Source: Vicugna vicugna (lineage: Eukaryota). From it: a DNA stretch of 64,000 nt. Position numbers and translations under genes: made by a program. Location: the NCBI GenBank assembly GCA_013265495.1, contig MU058844.1, positions 9,258,184 through 9,322,183 of the forward strand, read 5' to 3'. Position 1 is the stretch's first letter. Each line of letters begins with the position of its first letter. The notes below the pieces were generated by a model. The model searched no databases. It was not told where the DNA came from and saw only the letters and a program-made list of their open reading frames with translations. Positions 40,661 through 51,880 of this stretch are shown piece by piece.

Positions 40661-41788
40661 CCAAATTCCTCAATGCTAAGCATCACCCAAAGCTAGGCTA
40701 TTTCCAATACCCACCTGCCTGGTTACCCTAGTGCGTGGGCCTGGAATTTAACGCTAAGCTTTGCTGCCTTTTCCCACCTGTTATAAATAAATGAGCCAAT
40801 CAGAGTATTAATAAAGAATATACTGATAACTGAAATTTGATTACAAGGGGCCATTAACCAAGAAAATAATTGGAGAGAGGTGCCTGATTGCTCTAAATTC
40901 TTTATGCCTCCATCTGTAAGTCAAACTTCAGACGGGACATACACATCATGATTTGTAAGACCTAGCTCCCTAAGTACAACTTCCTTATCACCAAAGATGG
41001 AAGGATTAGTCCCCAGGCCAGCAGCTTTTTCTGTGCTGCCCAGAGACCTTTGAAAATTAAATCTTAGTTTAGGATTTTACTTTGGTTGTATCACTGCTTG
41101 AAAGGATTCTATCCTTATCTTTCAAACGAAGGGTTTCTGACCTGAACTTCAGGGGAGTTCATAAATATTCCGAATTTTTTTAATGTGTTTATGTTCACAT
41201 TCCTTTTATCAGATTTTGAAATCCCTTTCATAACCAAAAGGTTTCTACATAATACACGTAGGTTTCTAGGTAAAATCTCTTCAAAGAGTTTCTGTTTTGC
41301 TCTGGGAAACAGCTTGGATGAAGCTAGAAGGCAGATGGACAGGTAGATACCATAACATCTGTTCATTTTCTTCTCCGCAGGGTGGAGAAGTCTCCCTTGT
41401 ACTACCCTTTCAATTCACTTCTATCAAAGGGCTGCAAATAGTCTCAAAAATCAAACTTAGTGGCGTATGTGAGGTCCCCAACCAACCTGTCTTTTTTCCC
41501 TCCTATTACTGTGATGGTAAGAATTGGCCATTTTTGTTAAGTCAAGACCAGTCGAGTATCAGCAATTTCACATAGTTCAAATTAATGCTTTCTACAGTCG
41601 TGCTATTTTGAAAATCCATCTTCACTATCTCCTGTGGTAGATACTACAGAGTTGCAATGCCTCAGGCTTGTGTTCTTCTTCTCCTTCAGGACAAGCTCTA
41701 GCTACCAGCCTGAAAAAGTAAGACTTCTCCATGACTATATCAAGGATGTGTATGTCTACTTATAACTCCATCTAGAACTGTCCCTCTT

Positions 41789-42068
41789 GTACCAACTTTC
41801 AGCTATAAGATGAAGGTCTGAGAATCTAATGTATAACGTAGTGACTATAGTTGATAACACTGTATTGTACTATTGAAATTTGCCAAGAGAGTAGAACTTA
41901 AACATTCTCAATAGAAAAAAAAAATTAACATGGGTGGTGATGAATGTGTTAATTAAGTAGATGGGAAGAATCCTTTCATAATATAGGCATACATCAAATG
42001 ATGTACACTAAATACCCTACAGTTTGATTTGTCAATTATACCTCAGTAAAGTTTAAAAACATTAAAAA
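41789..42068 (+). mobile_element. 5'-truncated L1 3' end (L1MA-like) with decayed TSD
   Basis: gtgactatagttgataacactgtattgta...gaaatttgccaagagagtaga...tgtcaattatacctcagtaaag; TSD tagaactgtccctctt (41773-41788) versus tagatctatccctttt (42069-42084), 13/16. Confidence 0.85.
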
Positions 42069-42689
42069 TAGATCTATCCCTTTTGGTTTGGTTCTTCTGC
42101 CTTTTCCCAGCTGAGAGTTGACCATCCTGAGTCTGGTGATGAGCCCACCTGCCGTGAATAAACCATTGTTTTCACATAGGTCATAAAGTACTAAAAAGAG
42201 GCTGACCTCCAACAGTATTAATGACAAGTAAATGAGGCCAAGCATTGGAGTTGGTAATTCTGAAGAGCCAGTGCTGAACTAATTCGGGACTCTGACATAT
42301 TTACCATTCTCGGCAGTCAGAGAGGGCATTTACCACTAGGCTAGCTGGTGGTTCAAGGCTTCTGGCAGGGCTACTTTCACCTCTAAACTTCTCCGTGCTG
42401 ATGAGTAACCACTCTGCTATCCTGTACTTCCTGTGCTGGAGGAACAAATTAAAGCTTTCTTTACTCAGAGTGAATATTCAGACTTTTCTATAAGCAGAGA
42501 AATTAAATGCCTTCTTGGTCTATTAGACTAACAGATTTCCACCCAGAAGATAAAGTGTGGCTATTCCGTATGTATATACTATAATTCAACCTGAGGTTGC
42601 ACAAAGCCTGAATCCGCCATAACACACGCTGATTTACCATAAACAACCTTCAAACAAGTTCATATTCCCCATGTTAAAAACTGAAATGA

Positions 42690-43340
42690 ACTCACAAACT
42701 TTCCCATGAAATTGCTCTCATAGGGTGATTAATGACATCGTAATTGCCAAATCTCTCTTCAGTCACTGTCCTACCAGACCTTTCTCTGTAGCATTTGGCA
42801 CTGCTGATCCCTCATCTTCTGGAAAACCTCCCCTCCACGTTCTTCAGAACACTTCGCTTCTCTGATTCTCCCATTGCCTCTCCAATTTCTTATTCTCAAT
42901 TTATATAGCTTCCCTCTCTCAATCCTCACCTCTCTGCATATCTTGATCACCTTAGGGACTTAAATCATTAACCCTTTTACACCTCTAATTCTGAAAGTTC
43001 TTCTGCGTTTCAATCCTGACTTCCCAATATTCTACAAAGGTCTGAGTAGCTCCTTTAAACTCTACATTACCAAAACTAAAAGTGCTGTTTTCTCCTCCAC
43101 AAGAGCCCTTGCACCTACTGTAGTATTTCAGTGGATTACTGGCCATTGTTCAGTTGTCCTAGCTGAAGACATAAAAGCTATTTTCAATTCCCTTTTTCAC
43201 CTCTGTCTTACAATATCCACCTGACACCCTAATATCCAGACTTCCCCTTAATGCTCAGATCACTGATCCCCTAGTTCCGGTCACACAGTTTTCAGTACTC
43301 AACAGTTTCCCAATTGTTCATCTCTAAATTATGACTAGAA
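42690..43340 (+). mobile_element. L2 ORF2/3' remnant
   Basis: gaaattgctctc...aatgacatcgtaattgccaaatc...ctgtagcatttggcactgctga. Confidence 0.7.
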
Positions 43341-43349
43341 CCCCCTGCC

Positions 43350-43565
43350 TTTAGAGCCAGAAAACCTTGCGTCAAATCCCAGCTCCCCCATGCTTGCACC
43401 ACTGGTAAAGTTATTTACTGTCTCTGATCCTCAGTTTCTACAGTTGTAAACAGGAATGCAAAACAGTTACCAGATGGGTTTATAGATAAAATTAACTAAG
43501 ACATAGGATATAAAGTGCTTAGAAGAGGTTCTATCACCCAACACTCAATCCATCGCAGCTATTAT
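43350..43565 (+). mobile_element. MIR
   Basis: tttagagccaga...caaatcccagctcc...ctctgatcctcagtttc...taaagtgcttagaa. Confidence 0.75.
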
Positions 43566-45589
43566 CTTTGCCTGTACTGTCTCTTCCACAAAGCTTTTCA
43601 CATCTACTCTAGTACTTAACTTCCCTGAAGGGACTAGTGGACAGATTTTTGATCCAGGATAGAATCCAAGCTCTGCCTTTTACAAGCTACATGGCCTGAA
43701 ACAACTTACTTAATTTCTTTGATGCTCATTTAGTTCTATCATCAGAAAATTGCATGAAAACTGGTGCAAGAAATAAACGTAGAATATTTATCACTGGCAA
43801 TGGCTCAATGTAGTTTCTGAAAAAAAAGCTTTCATATCTTCTATATGCTGTAAGAAATTTCTTAGGTAGTATCATCTTCAATTTGTTTGCTTTTTGTCCT
43901 TTAAATTAATCTTAATTATTTGACTATATTGCCAGTGCTTCTAGTGCGAGGAGTGTATCTGATACTTTCTCTGTTTCCCTATCAACTCTAGTAAGATGTT
44001 GAGCTCACAATAGGCACCAATAAATACTGTTGACAGAGCTGTGACGATAGCTGTACTTGCTTGCTCTACCATAAAACACAGGCACACACCGGAAAAAATA
44101 AACTCAAAAATAAAAATCTCTGAACAACCAGTCATGTGAGAGACCTAGAGGATGCTGTCACCATCTTTACCATCTTTTCCAATTGAGAAAATCTAATTAG
44201 GTAACTTGAATCAGAGCAACAGCTGAGTCTTTTTCTCCTTGCAAACATATATAAAAGTACATTGCTGTTATGCTAGATTAAAACAAGAAAAAAAGTCATT
44301 TTCCACTAAATAAAAAAAAAGACTTTGATGTGTGACTACTGAGTGTATTAGTTAGCAACATGGTGGTTACTAGTCCTAAAAGAAGTAACATACTCTATGC
44401 TTGAAGGAAGCAAATCTCTGTTCTTGAATAAGGAATAATCTATAGAGAAAAACAGGTGAACATAGATGAAAGCACAGATTTTTTGTAAATAGAAGATAAT
44501 TCTGTACATGCAAGGAAGAGTTACATTGTTAAAATAAAGCCTGGGAGGGGCTAAGAATTCAGAACGTCCACGTATGGAAAATACATCACAGGATATCTTC
44601 ATGGAGATTACAGATCCAGTGCAGCACAGAATTAGATGACAAGCACACTGAAGAAACACTGGGATGATTTAACAAGAGTGATCAGTACAAAAATAATCTG
44701 AAAGTAGTTCAAAGGAATATCCTCAATATTCTCAAACATGCGACTTTTATGCTGGGAAATGGCTTAACATTTTTATCCATGTATATAAAGTTACAATATT
44801 TTCTTATATTTTAACAGATTTATATTGCATATACTGTCCTATTTCATACAAGCATACACATATCATAATATTTCTTTGAAGTTTTCAAACTGATTTCACA
44901 TACATTATCTTATCTGATTTTTATACAAATGAAGGAGAGTGCAGAGCTCATTTCTACATGAATCATTCTGTAAAGAAAAGAGAGCGGTATTTCAATTCTC
45001 CCTTCCTGCTATATATTCAGGAAAAGAGCATTCAGTAAGATATCACCAAGCTGAATACTCTGAAGTTTTCAAAAATATGTAGTTTAAAAATTAGTAATGA
45101 TAAAGCCCATCAAAAAACAGAGGTGAAGGGTTATAAATGTTTGAATAATGACAAACCATGAAATGTACTGTATTATTTGCAGATGAAAGACTTCAAGGCC
45201 ACTCTCAGTTCACTCACAGGTTCTACCCTGAAAGGACAGATTCTGGAGGGGAAAGACCACTGGGTTATTTTACAGATCATTCTTCTGCTGCTCATTCTTC
45301 AAAGTTGGTCATGGCAGGCTCAACACAGCCCTGTGTGCTGATTCCTTTGCCCGGTACTTAGAAGAGAACTAATGGGCTCCAAAGGGAGCTGCCTCCAGTG
45401 CTCTGATGACTGCTTCAGGGTTGGGAGTACAACAGCCTTTGAAAGAAGAAACGTAGGGTGCCTGAAAATTCAAGCATTACAATGACCAGATTGCATGGGA
45501 ATGAATAATTGGTGTTTATACTGTAGAATTTTACTCTGGGAAATAAAAAAATTCAAATTTTTGAATGATATCAGCAGCTTATATCATCC

Positions 45590-46150
45590 AGAATTTATTG
45601 TAATATTATATCCTGGCAATTCTCCTAAAGTCTTTTAATGGATTAATCAATTTAATGTCACATAAGAAAGATACTATTAATAAGTGATATTTACAGATGA
45701 GAAAACTGAGGATGAGAGCAGTTAACTTGTCTGAGACCACTATGTAGAAGTTTCAGGAATCATCCTATCAAAGTCTCAACTGCTGTGCTTCCACACAAAC
45801 ACTGAAATTTTTCACTAAATTAGAATGAAGTCTTTATTCAGTAAATGTGTTTGGAAGGTCAGCATCACTCACTATGAAAAGAAACTGGAATTAATTCCAC
45901 AGTTAAACAACTAAAACATGTGACCAAGTAATGTATTTATCCTAGAAAAAGAACAACTGACTTGGAGAAGATTCACAGAAATGCAGAACTAGGAGTACAC
46001 GTGTCAACCCTTTAGTTTTAATGAGGAAGAAATGGATTCCCAAAGAGGTTGAATTCATTGGTCCAAGGTCATATAGGCGGATGAAGGCAGAGTAAGATTA
46101 AATAACACATATATTCGTATTTCTAGTCCTGCAACCATGCTCCTACAACA
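45590..46150 (-). mobile_element. MIR and MIR3 fragments
   Basis: tttacagatgagaaaactgagg; ttttaatgaggaagaaatggattcccaaagaggtt...ccaaggtcata. Confidence 0.65.
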
Positions 46151-46589
46151 CAATTCAGTCTTAAATCCTCTACTTCCACTAACTAATTTATTGCCTGAGA
46201 AGGCTGAATGTAGCACATATCTTCACAGTTAATTGTTGAATTATTAATAGACAGCCATCTGCCCTGGTTAATCTAGTAAGGATATCAAAAAGTTTATTAA
46301 AACAGCTTGCTGCTATGAAATAATTTGTGAAATGCAAACAGATGTAAAATGAGAGTAAGTTTTCATTCCTTGAAGACTTTCAAAGAGACTGCTATTACAT
46401 AAATATAACAATTGCCATATTAAGGTCAAGTATGAAAATCAGTTTATAACTTAATGCCAAGATGTAAAGTGACTAATAACTAATATTCTATCCTAGGTAA
46501 TAACTTACCCAAATTGATCGCTTTTTCTCTTTTTTTATTTAAATTACAATCTATTTTTGTGTTATTTTTATAAACGAGCAGTTTTACAT

Positions 46590-46918
46590 AACTTTCCCCA
46601 ACTTTACTGAGGTGTAATTGACAAAACAGTATGTATTTAAGGTGCACAACTTGATATTTTGGCACATGTTCATATCATGAAATAATTACCACAATCAAAG
46701 TAATTAATATATTCATCACCTCACATAATTATCATTTTCCTTTTTCTTTCTTTTTTTTTTCTGTGCATGTGTGGTGAGAACACTTACAATCAACCCTTTT
46801 AGCAAATTTCAAGTATGCAATATAGTACTGCTAACTACAGTCACATTGCTGTACATCAGATCTTCAGAACTTAATCACCTTGAGTAACTAAAACTTTGTA
46901 CCCCTTGGCCAACATCTT
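46590..46918 (-). mobile_element. L1 3'UTR end (L1MA-like), minus strand
   Basis: ctttactgaggtgtaattgaca...aaggtgcacaac...gtggtgagaacactta...agcaaatttcaagtatgcaata...actttgtaccc. Confidence 0.85.
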
Positions 46919-47563
46919 TCTACACAACAGCAGAAAAATCACATTCTTCTCAAGTGCATACAAAACATTATGTAGGACAGATCACATATTAGGTCACAAA
47001 ATAGGCTTTAAAAATTTAAGACAGAAATCATTTCAAGTATCCAAGTACCACAGTAGAACGAAACTAGAAATCAGTAACATTAAGAAAATAGGAAAATTCA
47101 CAATTATATGAAAACTCTTGAACAACCATTGGATGAATAAGGAAATCAAAGGAGAATTTTTAAAGTTATCTTGAGAAGACAAAAATGAAAACACAACATG
47201 CCAAACTTATGGAATGCAACAAAAGCAATACTAACAGGTAAGTTTATATTGATAAAGGCTGACATTAAAAAAAAGAAAGATCTCAAATAAAGTAACTTTA
47301 TACCTCAAGGAACTAGAAAAAGAAGAACAATTAAGCCTAAAGTGAGGAGAAGAAAGGAAATAGTAAAGACTGGTGTAGCAATAAATCAAATAGAGAAGAG
47401 AAAAACAATAGAAAAAATTGTAACTAAGAGTTAGTTTTTTGAGAAGATAAAATCAACAAACCCTCAGCTAGGTTAACTAGAGGAAAAATAAATAAAATCA
47501 GAAATGAAAGAGAAGACAATGTAACAGATGCCTCAGATAGTAAAAGAATCATAAGGGACTACT
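46919..47563 (+). mobile_element. L1 ORF2 fragment (end of endonuclease domain onward), plus strand, disrupted
   Basis: acagcagaa...cacattcttctcaagtgca...gatcacatattaggtcacaaa; supplied ORF fragment TFFSSAYKTLCRTDHILGHK resembles the L1 EN motif SxIDHILGHK; frameshifted. Confidence 0.88.
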
Positions 47564-48314
47564 CTGAGGACATGCTTGTCAACTAAGCTGATTTCTTGCT
47601 CAGCCCCATCAAGCCATTGTGGAAGCCTGAGTTCCACTATATTATACAATTAAAATACACGTTCATTTGTACATTAGCACCCAAGCAAAGGTAAGGAGAA
47701 AGATAGGGCCAACGGACATTTGTTTGCCCATGAAAAGAAGGGTTGGGTTTTGATTCAGCACATGGTAGACCTTTTGGAAAAAAAGGCAGATACAAAATAG
47801 AAGAGAGAGGCTAGAAAACATATGAGTATAACCATCATTTACCAACACACAACATGCCTGCATATACATACCAGGTTCCCAAGTTTGTTTACACATTAAA
47901 GTTCCTATATTAAAGTACCGTGTTTCATTCCTCTTCTTTGACAAAACTGCTCTACCAAATATGTCTTTGTCCATATGCTGTTGGAGATAAGTCTGTTTCA
48001 ATCAGCACACTATTAATAAAATAAGTTTCTAGAAAGGTATTTTTTCTTCCTCTCAAAAATGAGAACTGAATTATTCAGAGTTGCTTTGCATATTTTAATT
48101 GGTAAGTCCAATTTGGCTTCCAGAATTGCACACATTAAATACAGCCAGGTCAAAGAATAAAAATAAATCTTTGCTTATTAAAAATATATATAACATATTA
48201 CTTGTTTATGAAGTTCTCTGGTAAAGAGAATATTAGAGTTACTTTTTCCTCTCTTAGAGTAAAAAGTATGTACTCACAAATCAAGTGTGTTTTTTTTCTG
48301 ATGTCCTCATTCAG

Positions 48315-49700
48315 GCATTTATTTAACAAATATTTATTGAGAACCTAGTATGTGTCAAGAACAAGGCTAGGAGTTGAGAAGTGATGATGAAAAAACACTA
48401 AGATAATTCCTTCCTTCTCAGAGTTTAGAGAAGAGAGGAGTGAATAAATCAAAGAAGCCTATAAACTAATGTGTGACAGCAACTATGACATAAGCCACAG
48501 AGGAAAAATGCAAGGTGCTTAAGAGAGACTCCAAAAAGACTTGACCTAGTCAGAGAGGTCAAGGAGGGCTTCCCTGAGGAAGGGACACTTGAGCTATGCT
48601 CTAAAGGATAAGAGGAACATATTTCAGGCAACAGATGGGAAAATTTCAGGCATAATGAGCATAAGAATAACTTCAGAAAAGGAGGAGCCTGTTGTGCCTT
48701 AGAAGAGAAGAAAGTGACTAAGACACAGTAAACAGGCAACACTTTCAAACTTTGAGAAGCCAAGTATGGTGAGGACTGAAAATGTCTGCTGGCATTTGAA
48801 GAAATAGCGCTCACTAGGGAGATTATCAAAATCTGTTATGATGACATGATGATGACAGAGGCCAAACAGAGAGGACTGCAGAGTAAGTTCTAGGTTAGAA
48901 AATGGAGCTACTGGGTGTAGGCAAGCCTTCAAAGATGAAGAGAGGGTATTTTAACTGCAAGGGGATAAAAGAATCAAAGATTTTTGTGGGGTTTTTGGTT
49001 GCTGTTTGTTTGTTTTAATGAGAAAAACAGGACTATGTTGAAAATTTGGTAATTACACGGAAGCTGAAACCAAAGCAGACAACCAGGATTTCCAATATTT
49101 TTACTCTGAAGATGTAAAGCTATATGTCTATGATAGAAAAGAAAATCTTATTTAAATATCCACTGTATGCTTCCATGATGAAACATAGATTGTCTCAAGC
49201 AGATAGCTCTTATGACTCTAGAAATTATACTGAATGAAATTTTCAAGAGATGATTACATCTAACCAGAGTCTTCAAGGATAGTAGGAATTAACCAGACAA
49301 AGACAGAGGGAAAGTCACCCCAGACAAAAGAAACAGACAGAAGGGCCAGGAGCTCAAGGGAGCAGGGAGAATTACCTGCAGGCAACAGTCAGCAGGGTAG
49401 ATGCCACTAAGAGAGAAAATAAAATCAGACTGAAGAAAGCCCTTTGACTTTGTCAGTTATGAAGTCACTGTTGACCTCTGATACAGCAGCTTTATGAAGT
49501 GATGTGGAGAGAAACTGGACTTCAGTGGGATGGAGTGAAACTGCAAGAACATAAAGTTCAGACAGTATGGAAAGGATGTTTTTCAAGGGGCTTAGTGGAG
49601 AAGAAAATAAAGATGGGATAGACAGAAAGGTGCAAAAGTCTCAATAAAAGGCTTTGATTTGTGATCAGAGAGAATTAAAGATGTTTACAAATAGTAGGAA
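48315..49700 (-). mobile_element. L2 fragments
   Basis: catttatttaacaaatatttattgagaacctagtatgtgtcaag; gaggtcaaggagggcttccctgaggaag; gaagtcactgttgacctctg. Confidence 0.7.
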
Positions 49701-50349
49701 AGAAACCAAGGTGCACAGATGAGGTTTAAAAGTTAAAAAAAAAATCACTCTTTTGTACAACAACTATTTATAGAGCATCTACACTGTTCCTGAACACACC
49801 AAGACAAACAACAAGCCTCTTTTATGGTGCTCAAATCATGTTTGTAATAAACCTGATAAACAATAAAAGGCCAATGGTAAATGCACAAAAATTATATGTA
49901 CTTCAGTTCAACAGGCAGATTAATACTTATAAATACTAATGAATATAATGACACCTTTGGCTTTGTCACATTTGTGCTAGCAATATCACAATTCATTATA
50001 AACATTCAGTGTTGAGGCTTATTTTGTTTACTTCAAGGGGAATTACCGCTTTAATAAAAATAGTTATTCTATTGCAAGGACTTCGGTACGGAACAGACTT
50101 GTCAAGATTATTTTATGTTTTAATTATTACAAACACTACAATGCATGTTGAGTCTACAAAGGACTAAGGCATAGTGTAAAAGATGTGGAGTAGTGCCTGA
50201 TGGTTTAATACTTCTGTCAAAGTCTGCTTTAGTATCTCTCAACCTTCAGAGACAGAAAACCAGTCAGCTGAAAATGAAGGAACGCTAATGCCTTAAATGG
50301 TGACTAGGACTAGGACACTCCCACGAAGACCAAGAATAGTCTCTAATTT

Positions 50350-51450
50350 TTTTCAGAATCATATAGTTGCAGAATTTTAAGACAGTAAAAAATGTTGACA
50401 TCATCTAATACTATTATCCACATCCCACATACAAAATTCCCTTCTCCAAATTCCTTGCTTGATGTTGAGACACTAAGAGAGCCTTCTATTTGAGAAGTTG
50501 CCTATTGTACTAAAGGACAGTTAAATTTTCTCTGATTATTTCCAAAATATAGGTCTCTGGAACTCCATATTACTACACTACTCCCTTTATATATGGCAAC
50601 TCTTTAAATATCAAAAAATAACTTACCATATATGGGCACTAAGTATATTATTTTTTTCAGACTAACCATTCATAATTCCTTCATCTCTTCCTTGTATGAC
50701 ATTAACCCCCTAGTCCCTTTGATCCAGCTGCTTTCTAGTAAGTTACTGATGTTTGAACTGTGGACAATTATAATAACACAGGGATTTAACCACATAAACT
50801 GCAACCAACCTGTTTCCTTTACTTCGTTTCTGCAATTATTTTTAATATAAATATAAGATTGTAAAGATTTCTATATTTTCCCATCTGGTGTGTTTTGTCC
50901 CAAAAGTCCAAGATCATTTCATATACTGATTTAGCAAACTACCACCTGTCCTTCTCAAATTTTGATCTCCTACAATCTGATATGTATGTGTTTTAAGTGT
51001 TTGTACAAGGCATTGATAAAATTAAATAGAATAGGCGTAAGAGCTGAGATTTCTAATACACACACAAAAATATTATTCCTGGATAACATCAGTCCATGCA
51101 ACAGAGAATCTTTTTTTTTTATGCAACAGAATCTTAAAGTGATTATTTATTCAGCTATGAATCTGGTCAGTCTACTATTCTCTCCCTTATACATACAGCT
51201 ATCATCAGAAACCACCAAAAATACTTAGCTAAAATCAAGAACATATATTTGAAAATCCATTAATCCTACAAGAATACAAAAAGGTGAATTCTGCTGTTTG
51301 TTTTATGATGGCTGTTTTGTAAGATTCTAAAATCAGTATCAGTTCAATAATATATTCTAGAAAGGGATAGACATCAAACTTGTTAGTGTGTATTTTTCCA
51401 GAATATAATTTCTATAGCTTTGTTCAACACAATTTAGACAGTTGTCTATT
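50350..51450 (-). mobile_element. L3/CR1 LINE remnant
   Basis: ctttatatatggcaactctttaaatat...ttttcagactaaccattcataattccttca resembles the antisense CR1/L3 3' region; very degenerate. Confidence 0.5.
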
Positions 51451-51619
51451 TTTTGCTATATATGCCTTTCTCTTATGAAATCATACTTTTAACTGAAAGA
51501 AGGTATAAAAATGCTCCCTGCCCCCATCCATATTTTTCTGTTCCTACTTAGGACTACTTCTCAAAAACTGTTGGTAAAATAAATATTATTTATATGTGGT
51601 ATTAATTAGATATTATTAC

Positions 51620-51715
51620 CTCATATAAAACCGTTGGGTTTCCATGTAGAAGAGGTCCATAACAGATATAGGAATGTCCGACGACCCAGCCTAAGTCAGA
51701 GGCTGCCCACCACAC
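51620..51715 (-). CDS. ACSS3: ACSS3 coding exon (~exon 7, 96 bp, phase 0-0): VWWAASDLGWVVGHSYICYGPLLHGNPTVLYE
   Basis: TTTAG acceptor and GTAATA donor; contains the DxGWVxGHSY motif of acetyl/propionyl-CoA synthetases. Confidence 0.97.
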
Positions 51716-51799
51716 CTAAACAGTAAGAACGTAATAAAATGCATAATTACATCTTAATCAGAGAGAAGATATGTAATGTGAATTTAAAACCGGGATCAC

Positions 51800-51880
51800 C
51801 TCTCCAGGTTTAAGTCCGTATATAGAAGACATTGTCCAGTTTAGCATGACAGCGTATCCTCCAGTGGGCCTCACTACACC
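51800..51880 (-). CDS. ACSS3: ACSS3 coding exon (~exon 6, 81 bp, phase 0-0): GVVRPTGGYAVMLNWTMSSIYGLKPGE
   Basis: TTTTCTCTCCTTTAG acceptor and GTGATC donor; continues the frame directly after LPK. Confidence 0.96.
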
